From assembly GCA_963667365.1 (NCBI GenBank), contig OY763324.1, positions 1,210,071 to 1,274,070 of the forward strand: DNA of 64,000 bases, read 5' to 3'. The notes beneath the pieces were generated by a model that worked only from the letters and a program-made list of their open reading frames with translations, did not search any database and was not told the DNA's origin. This DNA comes from Candidatus Poribacteria bacterium. Its GTDB lineage: Bacteria > Poribacteria > WGA-4E > WGA-3G. The position numbers and the translations under genes are program-made. How positions within the stretch are numbered: position 1 is the stretch's first letter; each line of letters begins with the position of its first letter. This document shows, one piece after another, positions 7,613 to 17,034 of the stretch.

Positions 7613-10045
7613 TTAACGATCTTCACCGTAATCTGGTTCTGTTGCATGTTGGACAACCCAATTTTCAAAAACCGATTTAAACGACTTCGCTTTGTCACCA
7701 AAATGAATATACTGGATACTGTTGATAGGCACCGACACCTCTCCATAAATTTTTGAACGTCCCAACAACCTTTCACCTTTAACCTCAAGTGGTTCAAAAA
7801 TCAGGATCGGATTGTGGATCAATGCAAAGCGAATTTCAGACGTGGGAGTTGTTAACTGTTGGCTATCGGGTTTCTGCAACACATCTGCATTTTCCCCATT
7901 TCCTGTCTCTTCTGCTGGTTCGTCGTGTGCGTCAACACTAATATCAACTACCCGAGCCACGCGTTCAATAGGTAACGTAATTTTTTGTAGTCTTGATTCA
8001 AATTGAATTGTTTTTCCGTTGAAACTCAGTAATTTACCTCGTTTTACATCCCCGTTTTTTGCAATAAGAATGTGGTGGGGCGGATTATCTCGGTTGAATC
8101 GTGGGACGGTGAGTGCGCGTTCTAAATTTACATCTAATTTCTCTGGTTGGGTTTCAAGCGGATCAAACATAAGTTCAACAGCACGTTTAAGAGCAGCAGC
8201 ATCATTATCTGCTAAATCTCCCCCGATTACGACTTTAAGCATCTGCGTGGGGTCATTGATATCCACTTCAATTTCCAGATTACCATCTTTTGTTCTGTGC
8301 ATCTCACCTTCCAAAATTCGACCATCCTCTAATATAATACGGTGTTTGTTCCCTCCAGTGATAGTAATAGGATTTCGGTTTTCCTTTCGTGCGTGTGTTT
8401 TTCCGCGTGAGAATTCAATACCTTTTATATGTTCTGTGCTGATGTGTGTCTTACCTACAAAAGGTGATCGGAAGTTAATGCGGGATTCATCTATAGACAA
8501 GATTTGAGATGGAATAACTTCTCCGTTTTTTAGATGCATTAGATGCGGGAACGTCTTTATATCAAAGGGGTGTAATCTTGAAACATGTTTATTGTGGCGT
8601 TCGACGCGGGGAGATAGGTTATTTGCTATCTGAACTGGCTCGGAAGTACCTACAGGCTGCCAATTGATACTGGATTTATTTTCAGTGTCAATAATCAATT
8701 GACCACGAAGACTACTTGAAGGGAAAAACATTGTGTCATAAGATGCAATAGGTCCCTTTACTTTAGGGTCAGACCCAAGCCGTAGTAGAGACGCTCCATT
8801 GAGAGAACAAGTTATAGGTTTGACTGCATACTTTGTTTCGATTATAGCACTATCTGCGTTCAATTGTAGTACTTGTCCACTAATAACGGAACCATTAAGA
8901 TATGTCAATTCCATGTTTTGTTCTGTCTCTACCAACGTCCGTCCTGGTTGTACAACACGATCAATCTGCAATAGGTCAATATTCGATTTCGTGCCATCGG
9001 TATCAAGGACATAGGTGTTACCATTTTCAATATATAGTTTACCGTGAAAAGCTTCTCCGCTCATCATGTGGACTCGCGGTTTGGAAAAGTCGATTTGCTG
9101 ATGTCTAAATTCAGAGGGTTGCCGATAGACCCTCAACCTTTGCACAGTCATGTCTTGTCCTCGGTTATAAATATAAATACCGGGTACCTCAGTGGTTGGA
9201 CTTACTTCATCCAATTTCAACAGCAAATTACCGTTAACATCAAATACCTTTAACACTCCAGTTTCTTGGTCATAAGCGAGGCGTAACCGGAAGTTCCGGT
9301 GATGCGGTTGGATTGTCAATATTTTTTCATAAAGTGTGCCTTGGACAACAACAAGATCTTTTGCCCATGTTTCTACACGTAATGCTTCATAAAGGTTTTT
9401 GCCGAGTGAGAAAACAAAGCCTGGTGGACCTGTAGCAGATCCCAATTCAACGTCAATTTCAAAGCGCGTGGGCCATTCAAGGGGATAAAATATGCTTGTC
9501 TTAGACTTTTCTGTCCGCGGTTGTCCACCACGTTCGGCATACCAACCTGTAGTCTTATTTTTTGTTTGGTTTTCATTCTGTTCGGATAATTGCCATGCTG
9601 CCAGTTGTGAACCGTCAAAAATGAGATTGGAATGTGCTCGATTTTCGAGTGAGTAAATCATTTCCCTATTTACTCTAAAATCACCGTATTGTTCGCTGAA
9701 AAAGTGAATGGTGTTTTCATCTGAACCTGTAATGTCCGCTATCCAGATATCACCTGATACTGTACCGACGCGAAATGTACCATTGACTGGTGAGGTTTGT
9801 TTTGAGAAAACAATCGAATCCAATACGTTGATGTCAATATTTAGATCGTCTATAAAGTATGGAGACTTCCAGCGAATTTCCCCAGGTTTACCCTCTAACA
9901 GTTCACCAGCGAGAGAATCACCATTTTTCCAACGTAATTTTGTTTCCTCAGCATGTGTATTGATGGGAAGCCATATCCCCGCAAGGGTTATGAGAATCCC
10001 TGAGATGATGTGTAGGCATCTACGCATTGCATTTCTCCTTGACAT
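7613..10045 (-). CDS. secreted 810-aa beta-rich protein, function unknown
   Basis: N-terminal signal peptide (MRRCLHIISGILITLAGIWLPINTHAEE). It is the last gene of the long minus-strand array. Confidence 0.6.
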   Translation of the reverse strand: MSRRNAMRRCLHIISGILITLAGIWLPINTHAEETKLRWKNGDSLAGELLEGKPGEIRWKSPYFIDDLNIDINVLDSIVFSKQTSPVNGTFRVGTVSGDIWIADITGSDENTIHFFSEQYGDFRVNREMIYSLENRAHSNLIFDGSQLAAWQLSEQNENQTKNKTTGWYAERGGQPRTEKSKTSIFYPLEWPTRFEIDVELGSATGPPGFVFSLGKNLYEALRVETWAKDLVVVQGTLYEKILTIQPHHRNFRLRLAYDQETGVLKVFDVNGNLLLKLDEVSPTTEVPGIYIYNRGQDMTVQRLRVYRQPSEFRHQQIDFSKPRVHMMSGEAFHGKLYIENGNTYVLDTDGTKSNIDLLQIDRVVQPGRTLVETEQNMELTYLNGSVISGQVLQLNADSAIIETKYAVKPITCSLNGASLLRLGSDPKVKGPIASYDTMFFPSSSLRGQLIIDTENKSSINWQPVGTSEPVQIANNLSPRVERHNKHVSRLHPFDIKTFPHLMHLKNGEVIPSQILSIDESRINFRSPFVGKTHISTEHIKGIEFSRGKTHARKENRNPITITGGNKHRIILEDGRILEGEMHRTKDGNLEIEVDINDPTQMLKVVIGGDLADNDAAALKRAVELMFDPLETQPEKLDVNLERALTVPRFNRDNPPHHILIAKNGDVKRGKLLSFNGKTIQFESRLQKITLPIERVARVVDISVDAHDEPAEETGNGENADVLQKPDSQQLTTPTSEIRFALIHNPILIFEPLEVKGERLLGRSKIYGEVSVPINSIQYIHFGDKAKSFKSVFENWVVQHATEPDYGEDR

Positions 10046-10124
10046 ACATTAGTTATTCGCTCCACGGTGTTATAAAGTAGTTATTCAATAAGATATTACT
10101 TTCATTCCAGAGTAGCGATAGTAT

Positions 10125-11252
10125 TTATCTCTCGTAGATGGGTAGAAGGCGGTAGTTCAAAGCTAAGGTTAACACAGCCATTCCCGTTCCATAGGCTTTT
10201 CCGTAGGAACTGTTGAAACTTCCATCAGTTTGTTGCATTTTTTGTAGTCGTTCAATAGTACGTTGATTCCAAGATTGCCACGCCTCTAAATCGCTTTGAA
10301 ATAGAGCTTGTGCCATATAATATAGAGTATAAAACATATAACTACTACCTATATTATAATTCGCTCTGCGTTTGATGTATTCGGAAGTTGCTTTATATTC
10401 AGGTGTATCTTTCCGCTTTCCAATAGCGTAAACGAGTGCGCCAATCGCAGATCGGGTCAGGCTATCACCATGGCTGCCTGATGCCGTATAAGAGACACTT
10501 CCACCTCGCGTGGTACAGGTTTGAAAATAATTTAATGCCTTGTTAACGGCTTCATTTGGCACCTCAATACCGGCGTTTCGTGCACCGAGTATCCCCATTA
10601 ATACCGTTCCAGTGACGGTTGTATCGGCATCCCGGGCTTGTGGAGAGTATCTCCAACCGCCCCATGGGTTTTTTTCTTGTGCAGTCAGAGCACATCTCAC
10701 CGCAAGTTCTAAGGCTTCACTAAGGGTTCGTCTGCGGTTAATAGGGACATCACTATCCTTCCAAAGTAGGTCTTCATTTACCGCACCATACGCCTCAGAC
10801 AGTGCTAACGTGGCAAAACCGTGATGATACATTGATGCATGTCCACTTGTTCCCATGTATCCTGTTTTGGGGTCTTGGCTGACGATCATGCTGCGGACGG
10901 CTTTACGTATGTGTGTGGCATAAGGACCGTAATCTGGGTCTTCACCACTTGCCATGAATGCCATAACGCAAATACCTGTTGTTCCCGCACCATTCCGTGA
11001 ACCTTGCCAACTGCCATCTTTCATCTGGGTGTTTGCAAGGTATCGCAAACATCTGTCATTGATGCTTCTCACAGCAGGTGGGACACCTGTTCCATAGCGT
11101 AGGGTTGGATCTTGGGCGTATGCCGATTCGCTGACAAATATGCTCATGAAACTCAATATACCAATGATACCAATAATTCGTATATGGTTTTTCATTAGTA
11201 AACCTGTAACTTTTTTGTATTGTGTCATGTTTTTATTCTCCTCTAATTTCAA
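10125..11252 (-). CDS. secreted prenyltransferase/squalene-oxidase-repeat (alpha/alpha-toroid) protein
   Basis: QW-like repeats DGSWQG, WGGWRYS and TDGSFNSS, plus a signal peptide. The true start is probably the internal Met at ~11195, which removes the 20-nt overlap with the upstream gene. Confidence 0.6.
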   Translation of the reverse strand: MKLEENKNMTQYKKVTGLLMKNHIRIIGIIGILSFMSIFVSESAYAQDPTLRYGTGVPPAVRSINDRCLRYLANTQMKDGSWQGSRNGAGTTGICVMAFMASGEDPDYGPYATHIRKAVRSMIVSQDPKTGYMGTSGHASMYHHGFATLALSEAYGAVNEDLLWKDSDVPINRRRTLSEALELAVRCALTAQEKNPWGGWRYSPQARDADTTVTGTVLMGILGARNAGIEVPNEAVNKALNYFQTCTTRGGSVSYTASGSHGDSLTRSAIGALVYAIGKRKDTPEYKATSEYIKRRANYNIGSSYMFYTLYYMAQALFQSDLEAWQSWNQRTIERLQKMQQTDGSFNSSYGKAYGTGMAVLTLALNYRLLPIYER

Positions 11253-13023
11253 ATTGACTCTGTTGCCAAGAACTCCAAGTCTCAGGACCTGTTCTTAGGT
11301 AAAGTTCGAGAATGATAAAAAGTAGTCCGTCAACACTTATAAACGGAAGAGCCAACTGTTCTGTTGTTACCATTAACTGTTCACGTTGTGTATTATTCAT
11401 AAGTAGGTGCAGATCAAAGATTGCAACAATCACATCATGCGCTGTCTGTTGTAGAAAAGTCTCTGCTTCCTTCTGCTTTTTAATATATTGCTCGTAAGCA
11501 TCTACAGAAAGAACGTCTTTAATAGTTTGTTGATAAAGCGGATGATTTATAATACCAGAAATTCTGTCAAAAATCAGACTGTTGAGTGTTTGTTGATAAA
11601 TGGGAATATAAGTTATGACAGCTATGTCATATTTCCATTGTAAGTTGTTTGTGTTTTTATTATCCTGTAAGTCCTTCAGTATAGCTTTGAGTTCTTGAAC
11701 AGCCTCTTCTCGAGTTATTTTGTCAGTTAACGCCTTGAGTGAGAAGCTACCTATGTTTGCTATGAATGGTACCATTGAATCGGCATAGTCATTTTGAGTT
11801 TCGGTGAATTGTTGAACCACACCTTTTGCTGCCAAATCTAAACGTTGAGAGACGGGTTTGTTGCGTAATCCTAACTGTTCTGTATGTGCCGCAAGGACTG
11901 CTTCTGCAAGTTGCCACAGTTGAGATTCTTGGATTTCCTCTTTAGTATTGATCTGAAGTTGTTTCTGTTGTTTATCTGGTTTTGCGGCTGCTTCTCCCGG
12001 TGCTTCAAGCACTTCGACTCCTATTACATCTTTAAATGGCTTACTATCTTCGTGTATATTTAGCATTACACGCAATATTTTGGACTGTGTTTGGTTCAAT
12101 ATACTGTCTAAAGAAAGTTTCAATTCATTTATTATGAAGTCTACTATCTCTTGAAAAGGTTGCGTTATATTTTTTTGTATTTTCAGGTCTTCAATGGTAT
12201 TTAGTTTATTGAGTAGTAATTGTGTTAATTGTATTCTTTGTTCGGTTGTTAGACTAAGTGATTGATTAAGTAATGCAGTTATGAGATGTGCGTAGGCTTG
12301 TTGAATTCGCTGTCGTCGTGCTTTAGTATAATTTATATAATCCTGAAGTTGTTGTGCGTTCAGATGTTTGGCAAATGCACTTTTAGTATCGGGATGAGAC
12401 AACAATGCTTCAAGTATCCCTGTACCGGTACTAGTTGTAAGTCTTGTATCTAAGACGATAGACACCATACTTTTGTCATGTTTTAACGACGTTTCAATTG
12501 AATCATTGATTGACTGACGAAGTTCATTGACAGTTGTCCTGTCTAAGTGGTAAAGCATACCGATATTTTCGGTAATATGATGGACTAAAGGCTCAATTTT
12601 ATTCTTATGAATGCCCTTTGTGTTAACCATTTTCCGTTGGGCAATGTGGGTTCCTCCATTAACCACAACTACAGATTTTCCAGTGCGGGTACCGTATCCT
12701 TCTTTGCGGAAGTTGACAGTATAACGTCTGCCCGGGATGCCAGAGTATTTATAATTGCCGTTAGCATCAGTTTTTGTAGTGAATATCTTGCCATCTGAAC
12801 TAACAATCTTAACTTCAACACCTTCAATTGGAATCAGTTCAGTGTCAAGAATTTCACCTCGAATTGTTCCGCCTTTTACCGCGTTATCTTCTGCGAAAAG
12901 GATGCTTACGGATATAATACTAATACATACAAATGTTATAACCGCAAAACTATAACGGGTCATTTTCTGGGAATCCTTATAAAGATATGTACTTTTCTTT
13001 TTGTCTCTAAACCGGACTGTCAA
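11233..13023 (-). CDS. secreted protein with an N-terminal carboxypeptidase-regulatory-like (transthyretin-like) beta-sandwich domain and a long alpha-helical C-terminal region; paralog A
   Basis: Signal peptide followed by GGTIRGEILD...GVEVKIVSSDGKIFTTKTDANGNYKY. It is paralogous to 13020-14774 along its whole length. The likely start is the internal Met at ~12963. Confidence 0.6.
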   Translation of the reverse strand: MTVRFRDKKKSTYLYKDSQKMTRYSFAVITFVCISIISVSILFAEDNAVKGGTIRGEILDTELIPIEGVEVKIVSSDGKIFTTKTDANGNYKYSGIPGRRYTVNFRKEGYGTRTGKSVVVVNGGTHIAQRKMVNTKGIHKNKIEPLVHHITENIGMLYHLDRTTVNELRQSINDSIETSLKHDKSMVSIVLDTRLTTSTGTGILEALLSHPDTKSAFAKHLNAQQLQDYINYTKARRQRIQQAYAHLITALLNQSLSLTTEQRIQLTQLLLNKLNTIEDLKIQKNITQPFQEIVDFIINELKLSLDSILNQTQSKILRVMLNIHEDSKPFKDVIGVEVLEAPGEAAAKPDKQQKQLQINTKEEIQESQLWQLAEAVLAAHTEQLGLRNKPVSQRLDLAAKGVVQQFTETQNDYADSMVPFIANIGSFSLKALTDKITREEAVQELKAILKDLQDNKNTNNLQWKYDIAVITYIPIYQQTLNSLIFDRISGIINHPLYQQTIKDVLSVDAYEQYIKKQKEAETFLQQTAHDVIVAIFDLHLLMNNTQREQLMVTTEQLALPFISVDGLLFIILELYLRTGPETWSSWQQSQFEIRGE

Positions 13024-14774
13024 ATTTCATCAATATCTGAAAGTAAAGTATGAAGTTGAGTTTCCTGCCAACGAGTCAGCATTCCGCTTTCTATCTGTCC
13101 AGTAAGTTGATCAAACATATCTCTTTCATCATCTTGGATCAATAGAGGCGCGGACAACTGTGTTGCTATCTTTTCTAACTGCTTCCGTTGGATATCGTTT
13201 AAGAACATCAATATATCCAGGTCTGCTACCACTAAATCACGCAAAGCCTGTTGACGGAAGTTATCTCTTTCTGTTTGGATTGCTATATATTTTGCATACT
13301 CATCTTCAGAAAGAACATCCTTTAGAGTTAGTTGAAAGAGCGGATGATATGTAATATCATAAGTTGGATGATTTAGCGTGCTGACGATATCAATTTCTGA
13401 GTTAAATCCTCTGGGTCCGTTTAGGAGTGCTCTTCTAAGTGAGGCTAATCGGATAAAGTAAGTAAAAAATCGGAAACCGAATAGTCCCGTACCATGAATG
13501 GTTTCATTCGGTATGCTGTTAGATTTTTTCTCATTCCACAACTTTTCGCTCAGGTTTTGTAGTTCCTCATAAGCTTGATATGAAGTTATTTCTTTTGATC
13601 TGGCAGCAGCAATAAGTTTAGCTTCGGCTTCACGATATGTTGTCATTTTTTCTTCGGCTTCAAGGTATTTTTGAGCCACACCTTTGATAGCCAAAGTTAG
13701 TAGTTGTGAGGCATGGTCATTAAGTGTGCCTAACTGTTTGATATGAGAGGCGAATATTGTTTCAACCAACTGTTTCGTTTGTTCATGAGATCTCAACATA
13801 TCCGCTTTTATCTTTAGCTCATCAAGTCTTGCTGTAGCGGTTTTTGTGTCACTCCAATCGAATGCAATTTGATTTTGGGTGCTCCGAATCTCGTGCTTAA
13901 TCGCAGCAACAGCATTTTTTCCTTTTATCCAATTCAATATTTTCTTCTGTGTATCGGTTAATACAGACACCCATGATTCATCATCTTTCGCGCTAAGACG
14001 CAACGGCATTATCTCTTGACGTTGATCCGCTGTGAAGCTAAGTGTTTTATCAAGTACTGCTGTCGAATAGTAGATTGAGGCTTGATTTCTGCGGTGCCGA
14101 CGCACCTTGCTGAAATCGTTAATATCCTTTAGTTGTGTATCGGTTAGGTGTTTAGCAAATGCACCTTTTATATCGGGACGTAACAACAATGCATCAAACA
14201 CATCTATGTTTTCGTCACCATAGTGAATTGCGAATATAGATAGATCTTTTCTGTTTTCTAATGCTGCTTCAATAGATTCACGGATTGACTGACGCAGAGC
14301 ATTAACAACACTCTTATCCAAATTATGTCGACTTGATATGTTATCGGTAACTTGGTAGAGCATAGGTAGGATTCTGCCATGAACCATCTGTTTGGCATGA
14401 TTAAACCAATCAACCATTTTGAGTTCAACAACATGGTCTCCATCATCTTCCACTACAATAGATTGACTACCACTACCCTTGCTTTCAAAACCTTCTTGAC
14501 TGTATTTGAGGGTATATTTTCCCACAGGGAGATGGTCAAATTTATAATTACCATTTACATCAGTTTTTATAGTATGTTCTTTGCCATCAGCATTAACGAT
14601 AGTAACTATTAAGCCCTCAATAGGTTCTGTAGCCTTGCCATATTTAAGTGCCTTACCTCGGATTGTTCCACCATCTGTAATATTGTCTTCTGCGAACGTT
14701 ATACTTGTGTACACACAGATACATGCAACCGACATAAGCATAAAACTCAAACGTGCTATTTTTTTTAGTCGCAT
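13020..14774 (-). CDS. secreted CarbopepD_reg-like domain protein; paralog B
   Basis: GGTIRGKALKYG...GLIVTIVNADGKEHTIKTDVNGNYKF, plus shared downstream helical motifs (HPDTKSAFAKHL vs RPDIKGAFAKHL). The ATGA at 13020-13023 overlaps the stop of this gene and the annotated start of paralog A. Confidence 0.6.
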   Translation of the reverse strand: MRLKKIARLSFMLMSVACICVYTSITFAEDNITDGGTIRGKALKYGKATEPIEGLIVTIVNADGKEHTIKTDVNGNYKFDHLPVGKYTLKYSQEGFESKGSGSQSIVVEDDGDHVVELKMVDWFNHAKQMVHGRILPMLYQVTDNISSRHNLDKSVVNALRQSIRESIEAALENRKDLSIFAIHYGDENIDVFDALLLRPDIKGAFAKHLTDTQLKDINDFSKVRRHRRNQASIYYSTAVLDKTLSFTADQRQEIMPLRLSAKDDESWVSVLTDTQKKILNWIKGKNAVAAIKHEIRSTQNQIAFDWSDTKTATARLDELKIKADMLRSHEQTKQLVETIFASHIKQLGTLNDHASQLLTLAIKGVAQKYLEAEEKMTTYREAEAKLIAAARSKEITSYQAYEELQNLSEKLWNEKKSNSIPNETIHGTGLFGFRFFTYFIRLASLRRALLNGPRGFNSEIDIVSTLNHPTYDITYHPLFQLTLKDVLSEDEYAKYIAIQTERDNFRQQALRDLVVADLDILMFLNDIQRKQLEKIATQLSAPLLIQDDERDMFDQLTGQIESGMLTRWQETQLHTLLSDIDEI

Positions 14775-14843
14775 TGTATACCCTCCAACACCTTGCAGAA
14801 ATACGATTCGCTTAGAAATCTTATATACCAGAACGGGAACCGT

Positions 14844-15785
14844 TTATTGCATTGTAGCCAGACCGGTTTGCCATTCCTTGCCTTTTTTGCCGGCGTAGAG
14901 CATGACGTAGGTATTACCGATTTCGAGTATCTGTCCAGTTAAGACTCCATCGCAATCAAACGTTTCAGGGTCATCAGATGGTGTGAATATGGGATTGTCC
15001 GGGTTCGGTTCGAAGGTCTTGAAATCGCGAGTCCGCACATGTCCGATCCGCCACACTTCGCCATCAAATCCACCATAGAGGATATGGAAGTATTGTGGTC
15101 CTTTGAACAATTCTGTTTCACGAACGGATTGACTGTCCCATGCTTTCCCGCTACCAATGAAAACTGGATTGGCAGGATTTTTTGTGACCGATGCTGGATT
15201 GTCAGTCGGAGCAGTTGCATGACACATCGTCAATCCCTCACCGAACGACTTAGTTGCCTTGCCAGTATAAATGATGTGAATCGTGTCGTTTTCCACTACA
15301 ACGGATGGATGCGTTGAACCGTGTCGTTCGTGATCGGTATCCGCGGGAATGACAGGCGTGTGTTGGACACGTTGCCACTTGCCAAGGTCACCGTCGCTTA
15401 CAAGCAAGCCTGTCTGCTCAGGGGTTGTTTTACCCTTACCCCGATAGTACATATAATACTTGTCATCAACCGGATTTAGGAACGGAAAAGGATACTCAAC
15501 TGCTGCATCATCAAATCCGTGTGCTGACGGTTCAATAATAGGATTGCGTGCATCTTGTGTGATGTCGGTTAGGTCACTGATAGGTGCAGTCGCGTGCATC
15601 ATCACCCACCTACGGTCAATTTCGCGTTTACACCAGATATAATGCACCGTCCTATCAACGATGATTGCATGTGTTGCCGCCGCCCAGAGAGGTGGCGGCA
15701 GAGAAATAATCGGATTCCCTGCCGCTATCCGTTTGAAGTTAGTGAATACCTCAAACGGGATAGCATCTTTTGGTGTCACTGCCAT
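14844..15785 (-). CDS. GH130/GH43-like five-bladed beta-propeller glycoside hydrolase or phosphorylase
   Basis: NPIIEP...FLNPVDDKYYMYYRG matches the GH130 motif (FNPg...DGkYYLlYRa). Repeated Asp/Glu-containing beta-strand motifs are present. Confidence 0.55.
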   Translation of the reverse strand: MAVTPKDAIPFEVFTNFKRIAAGNPIISLPPPLWAAATHAIIVDRTVHYIWCKREIDRRWVMMHATAPISDLTDITQDARNPIIEPSAHGFDDAAVEYPFPFLNPVDDKYYMYYRGKGKTTPEQTGLLVSDGDLGKWQRVQHTPVIPADTDHERHGSTHPSVVVENDTIHIIYTGKATKSFGEGLTMCHATAPTDNPASVTKNPANPVFIGSGKAWDSQSVRETELFKGPQYFHILYGGFDGEVWRIGHVRTRDFKTFEPNPDNPIFTPSDDPETFDCDGVLTGQILEIGNTYVMLYAGKKGKEWQTGLATMQ

Positions 15786-15819
15786 CGGTTTCCCTCTGTT
15801 ACGGCACGTTGTAGATCTA

Positions 15820-17019
15820 TTAATTACCTTCTAATGTATTAAAGTAAGTGTCTAATCCTTGACGAAATTCTTCTGGTAAGACGCGACCTGTTTTGCCTAT
15901 TGCTTGTTTAGGTGCGCGTTTTTCAATGAATGCTGTACCTGAGTCATCACCGCCACCCATGAGTCTTAATGCGGAAGCAATTGATGCTAAAGTACCACCA
16001 CCGCCACCACCTGGAGAATCTCCGCCGCCACCTCCTCCAGGAGTGTTTGGTACGCGTTGTGTCTCAAGCAAGATTTCGATCACTTCCGATATAGCAGCGA
16101 TTGCTTCAGGACCGGTATCAGGCTTTGCCAAGATTGATTCTGCTTCTTCCATAACCTCGGCTGCTCGTGATACTTTACCATATTGTCCCTGGATAAAAGG
16201 TTCGTTGGCAGTAGGTAATAGTGTAATCTCCCTTGCCACTTCGCGTGTGTCCTCAGCAATCTCGTATTGTGTGTCGCTTAATGCTTCGCTTTTCTCATAA
16301 TATGTGTTGGCGTTAAGAGCATCCTTTGCTTGTTCCAATTCGCGCGTTTCTTCACGTAATTGAATTTCGCGATTGATGAGACGCAATATCTCCACGACAA
16401 TTTCAGGTGGTAGGTTCGGGAGTTCCGACATACTATTACCTGCACCTTCTCCTTCAGGCAACGGGTCTACCAGTTGTTCTGCCCAACGATCTAATGTATC
16501 CGCCCAGTATTCTGCCTCAATTGTTGATTGACCGACAAAATTCCTGCTAATTGCTCGAACGAGATCTCGCATCTGGTTTGATATAGACGCGTCTTCCATT
16601 TCAGCAAGGACACGCAGGTAGTTGGCATTTGGACGACGATCAGTATATGCCGCCATATCTTGTATGATAGATGTCACTTTTTTGGACTCAGCAGACTCAA
16701 GTTCTGCTATACGGTTTCGTGCTTTGCGGTTGTCTGTCCCTCTATCTGAAAGACCGAAACTATCCAGATTATTGAGATCAGATGCAATGTCAATTTGCTT
16801 TCTTGACGCTGCTTTCAAACGTTTCACAAAAGTACTGTTTTCAAAGCCGACAAGCAGCTTTTTCATCTCGTCTGATAACGCGGCAAAGGCATCTAACAAT
16901 TCCTCTTGCACTTCAACTGCTTCCGAAACGAGTTCTTCTGCCTGCGGTATTGACGGCTGTTCAATTTGTTCTTGATCACTTCTGCCACTTCCCATTAAAT
17001 TAGTTGTAGGAATGCCCAT
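15820..17019 (-). CDS. hypothetical protein with Gly runs (GGGGGGDSPGGGGGG), in the Bat-like operon
   Basis: The ORF lies 15 nt downstream of the preceding gene, has an acidic helical N-terminal half, and shows no recognised motif. Confidence 0.5.
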   Translation of the reverse strand: MGIPTTNLMGSGRSDQEQIEQPSIPQAEELVSEAVEVQEELLDAFAALSDEMKKLLVGFENSTFVKRLKAASRKQIDIASDLNNLDSFGLSDRGTDNRKARNRIAELESAESKKVTSIIQDMAAYTDRRPNANYLRVLAEMEDASISNQMRDLVRAISRNFVGQSTIEAEYWADTLDRWAEQLVDPLPEGEGAGNSMSELPNLPPEIVVEILRLINREIQLREETRELEQAKDALNANTYYEKSEALSDTQYEIAEDTREVAREITLLPTANEPFIQGQYGKVSRAAEVMEEAESILAKPDTGPEAIAAISEVIEILLETQRVPNTPGGGGGGDSPGGGGGGTLASIASALRLMGGGDDSGTAFIEKRAPKQAIGKTGRVLPEEFRQGLDTYFNTLEGN

Positions 17020-17034
17020 TCCTCCAGTAATCTG

